Shown here in pieces: positions 60,215 through 64,000 of a stretch of DNA of 64,000 bases (its first letter is position 1; every line of letters begins with the position of its first letter). The notes below the pieces were generated by a model. It had not been told where the DNA came from. It saw only the letters and a list, made by a program, of their open reading frames with translations, and did no database searches. Made by a program: the position numbers and the translations under genes. This stretch comes from Carcharhinus longimanus (Eukaryota), in contig JASCQW010000133.1 of NCBI GenBank assembly GCA_030264375.1, positions 24,449,399-24,513,398 on the forward strand, given 5' to 3'.

Positions 60215-60880
60215 TACTTAATGTGGAGAAGTGTAAAGTACATTTTGGTGAGAAGGAAATGTCAAATAAAGAATACAATTCAAAAAAGGGTGCAAGCGCA
60301 AAGGCACCTACGTGGGCACAAGCTGTTGAAAATAGTAGGGCAAGTTGAGAAGGTGGTTAATAAAGCATATGGAACTTGGGCTTTATACAAAAGCAAAGTG
60401 GTCACGGCTAACCTTTATAAAACATTGATCTGAGCACTGTCCAACAATTCTGAGGCCACACTTTGGGAAGGAAAAATGTGAAGGCATAAAGTGCAGAGAA
60501 GATTTATATGAATGGCTCCAGCATTGGGGACTTCAGTCATGAGGATAGGTTTAAGAAGCTGGGCTGCTCTCTTCAGATGCCCCAAGGTTGAGAGATTTAA
60601 TAAAGCTGTTGAAAATAGGAGGTTGGGACAGAGTAGATAAGGATTAACTGGTCCCATTGGTGAAAGGGTGGAGAACCAGGTGATTGGCAAAAGAACCAAT
60701 CTGAAGAAATATGGAAGAACATTTTTATGCAACAAGAGATTAGGAACTGGAATCCAGCATCTGAATGTGTAGTAGAGGCAGATTCAGTTGTGGCTTTCAA
60801 ACAAATATTGGATAATTACTTGTGGGAAAAATTACAGGACCACAAGGAAAGGTAAGTGGAGATAGCTGAGCGGCTCTGAC
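60215..60880 (+). mobile_element. Old CR1 3' fragment
   Basis: NVEKCKVHFG, QVEKVVNKAYG, LYKTLI and VQRRFI remnants. Confidence 0.75.
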
Positions 60881-61299
60881 AAACTTAAAACTTCAGGCAA
60901 TGACTAATTTTCTGTGACTCCAGGCGGAAATCTGGAGATTGGGAAGACCAAGACCCAAGTGGAAAACATCTGGTGGGTGAGGCACAAAAGGGAGGCTAGA
61001 ATACAGAAGTAATGGGAGTCAGTTTCATGGAGGGCATGCTTCACTGTAGGAGCAATGAATTTCAGTGTAGTGAGAACAGATGGATATTATAAGCAGCAAG
61101 ACCACTGCTGAAGCAACAAGAATGTAGAACTGGAAGCAACCCAGGATTTTGACTTAAACAGAGCATAGCTGCAGCAAAATGTTGAGTGGCCAAGTAATAA
61201 AGTTTGGCCTGTAGGCAATAGATGCCAGAGGAACACAACCCTAATGCTCTTTAACCTTGTGTCACGCTGAATAGTTTCCTTTTGTTTAGCACAAGTTTG

Positions 61300-61740
61300 T
61301 TTTATCTTAAAGCCAGCTCGTTATCCACTGTCATCTGACTTTGCTGCCACTCACATTCATCAAAACGCACCTTAACTGTGTTTTGGAAATCTAGAGATAT
61401 TACATCCATTACATTACCCTCACCGACTATCCCTGCTCAAAGAATTCAGATTTACTTTTCCAGCAACACTTTTGAAATCCATTTTGACTAATTATACTTT
61501 GTTTTTAAGAGTTTTTATTTTTCCCTTTAGTAGGGACATCATTATTTTTTCAATGATCAATGTTAAGTTGACTGACTGAAAGTTCCCTGGACCAGCAATA
61601 CCTATGTTACCTACCCACTGGTGCTGACATAACACCTGTTCTAATGGATTACTAAATATGTGCCATAGGTCCAATGCGCTCTCTTCCATGATTCTTTAAA
61701 ATGTTTGATAGCTTTCCATCCAGACTAGGGATTTCTCAGA
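61300..61740 (-). mobile_element. Old CR1 RT fragment
   Basis: PGNFQSVNLTLIIEKIMMSLLK (cf. PGNYRPVSLT). Confidence 0.55.
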
Positions 61741-62652
61741 GGTCAGTTTACTATTTTCATGGTTAAGGCATGACCTCCATCATCAACGGTGAGGTATTTT
61801 TGCCCATTAGTCTAACTGTAAGCATCTCAAAAACTAATGGATGGAAATGGACGGAACATTGATAGGGCACAACAGCCCAACGAACAATGAATTAGTTCTT
61901 GGTAAAGATGCCGATCCTGATCCTAGAATTATTTAAAGGACCCATTAACACTGGGAGATGGGACAAGTTATTGTGTTGTTTTATTTAGATGTTGTGGATT
62001 GTCTCAGATGCTATGGTGCAATTTGTCACAGCTGTCAAAATGTGAGCAGAAGTTTCAAAGCAGGTTGTTGGATGTGGATTTGCCTAAAGCCTCCTCAGCG
62101 AGATGCAAGCACAAATTTTTTTTTCAGCTTAGTTATAGAACATTGGCCAGGCATGGAAAAACCTCAAGGAAGAGCTGAAAAATTGTAAGAATGTTGAGTT
62201 AACACAGCACACAGAGGTATACCATTAGTGCTTCATTTGTTTCTAACAGCATCTTCTGATATCATGTCCACTTGATGTCTGGTTAAAATATTTTGCTTCA
62301 ATATTTACCATTTCTGCCATTTTGCTGTTGCTACCTGAAATTTCACCCTGTCCAAATTTCTTCCCAGCTCTTTTTTAAGTGCCTGCTACGGTTATTTTGT
62401 TCCTTGATGATGTGACTGAAGTTCCTCTTCATTTTCCTACTTTTAAAAAAACTTCTCTCCTAACCTCCTTTTACACACATCATGCTGTCCACAAACTTAG
62501 TGCCTCTTTCTGTACTCTCAAATTTTCTCCTAAGCTATTTATCTACGGTGTCACATTAGTGTTTATTTTGTTCCTACCCTTACCAGAATGTATTTCTCCT
62601 GAACTGTTGAACATCATTTGATATGTTCCCCCATGGCACTGTTCTTCTACAT

Positions 62653-62711
62653 CAGCGGTCTCCAAACTCCAATCCAGATGCGGCCCGCAGGCCGTAGTTT
62701 GGAGACCCCTG
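62653..62711. mobile_element. 59-bp hAT (Charlie-type) micro-MITE
   Basis: 16-bp TIRs CAGCGGTCTCCAAACT / AGTTTGGAGACCCCTG (15 of 16 match) and a perfect 8-bp TSD TTCTACAT (62645-62652, 62712-62719). Confidence 0.9.
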
Positions 62712-63659
62712 TTCTACATCATTAGCAGCCAATATTGCTTTCTACTTCATTCTCTTAAGAATCTAATGATATTTCATAGCAGTCTGCCACACAAAAGCCA
62801 AGCAACTTGTGACAGTATTCATTAATCTACCCAAGGAAGTATCAGTAAAACAAAACTGTAAATACACAAGATCTAAAAAGAATTTCATACTGCACTTAAA
62901 ACAAGGACAAAAACAAAGCTATTTGATAGGGGAGTGTAAATTGCCAATGAAAACTATAAAGTGAAAGATATTAAGTAATACTTTTAGTCCAAAGATCACC
63001 TCAGTTAATGGAAAGGCAGTACAAGAACAAAAAAGCCAGAAAAATAAAAAGTTCAGATGGATGCAACAAACAAGTGTTTGTCAGGATAACATGGTTTGAC
63101 AGATTCATTTTACAGAACCAAGCCAGTGAACGAATTGACAAAAGTTGGATCAAAAATGGGTTTAAAGGCAGATTTTTAAAAGAGTAGAAGCAGTGACGGA
63201 TGAATTTATGGAGGGAGTTTCAAGGAACATAGCCACAGCAATTCAAGGTTCTCCCATCAAATGTGGGGAGGGGGTGAAAGGAGAGATCACAGTCAGAGAA
63301 CAATAGACTGGTGGAGACTAAAGCAGATGATTTTCAGCACCTAGCTGGTTCATTTATTTGGACTATTTTCAACTATATTCTCATTAATTGAAATTTAAAA
63401 TACTTGTGGTATAAAAAATGCAACATTTTAAAACCAGCACTCCAGTTGCTAATATCACAGCATTTACGACAACCAGTCATGTATAGTATTGATGCATGCC
63501 ATTGAAATGAAATGAAAACAAAATGACAGGAGGAAAGTTCTGGGAACAGAATAATTCACAGACATTTTACACCAGCTTGAATTAGCTGTGATATTTGACC
63601 ACGTTGTTTCAATTTAAAACTATGATGAAATGGGGGGGGTCAAAACCAGCTTTTAAATG

Positions 63660-64000
63660 TAGGAACATAAGAGCAGGAACACGGGAGGGGCAATTTAGCC
63701 CCTTCAGCCTGCTCCAGCATTCCACACGAACATGGCTTATCTTGTTTCAGCCTCAACCCCACTTTCCTGCCCATTCTACGTAACCGTTCAAACCATGTCT
63801 CAGCATCTATGGACTCAACATTGTGAATTCCACAGATTTACGATCCTTTGAGATAAGTAATTTCTCTTCATTTCGGTTTAAAAATCTGCTACTCCTCATC
63901 CTAAAACAGTTCTTGTTCTAGATTGCCCCACAAAAGGAAACATCCTGTCCTAAGTCCACCCTATCAATCCTCTTAGCAACTTGTATATCTCAATTGACCT
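63660..64000 (-). mobile_element. CR1 3' fragment
   Basis: TAGGAACATAAGAGCAGGA...TTTAGCCCCTTCAGCCTGCTCCAGCATT, a reverse CR1 tail. Confidence 0.8.

Noticed and set aside
55789-64000. PPTC7 exon 1 or promoter
   Set aside because: No MFSVLSYG or GDDACF coding sequence and no CpG island seen. It is presumed to lie beyond the window.

Overview
This is vertebrate genomic DNA, most likely shark or ray. That is inferred from HE1-like and SacSINE1-like SINEs, HER1/CR1 LINEs and shark-type Penelope repeats. It comes from a draft assembly with many N gaps. Two convergent spliced genes explain the real coding signal. RAD9B lies on + (coding exons 2-11, 5516..43840, exon 1 apparently upstream of the window). 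PPTC7 lies on - (coding exons 2-6, 55788..49706, exon 1 beyond 64000). This is the tail-to-tail order I recall from mammals. All exons splice in frame, and one RAD9B intron is GC-AG. RAD9B introns hold four decayed Gypsy LTR elements (all sense to RAD9B), a Rex1 LINE with an inverted nested copy, CR1 and L2 fragments, Penelope-like elements, Harbinger and hAT fossils, MITEs and SINEs. Most ORFs in the supplied track are spurious or transposon-derived. I see no convincing, wholly new biological system. The most interesting signals are: minimal hammerhead-ribozyme motifs in Penelope-derived repeats, including a 139-bp solo unit with a 12-bp target duplication; recurrent 125-160-bp relocated fragments, two of them bounded by microhomology; and a RAD9A-like checkpoint tail in RAD9B. 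Comparisons with human proteins and repeat consensus sequences are from memory and were not computed.
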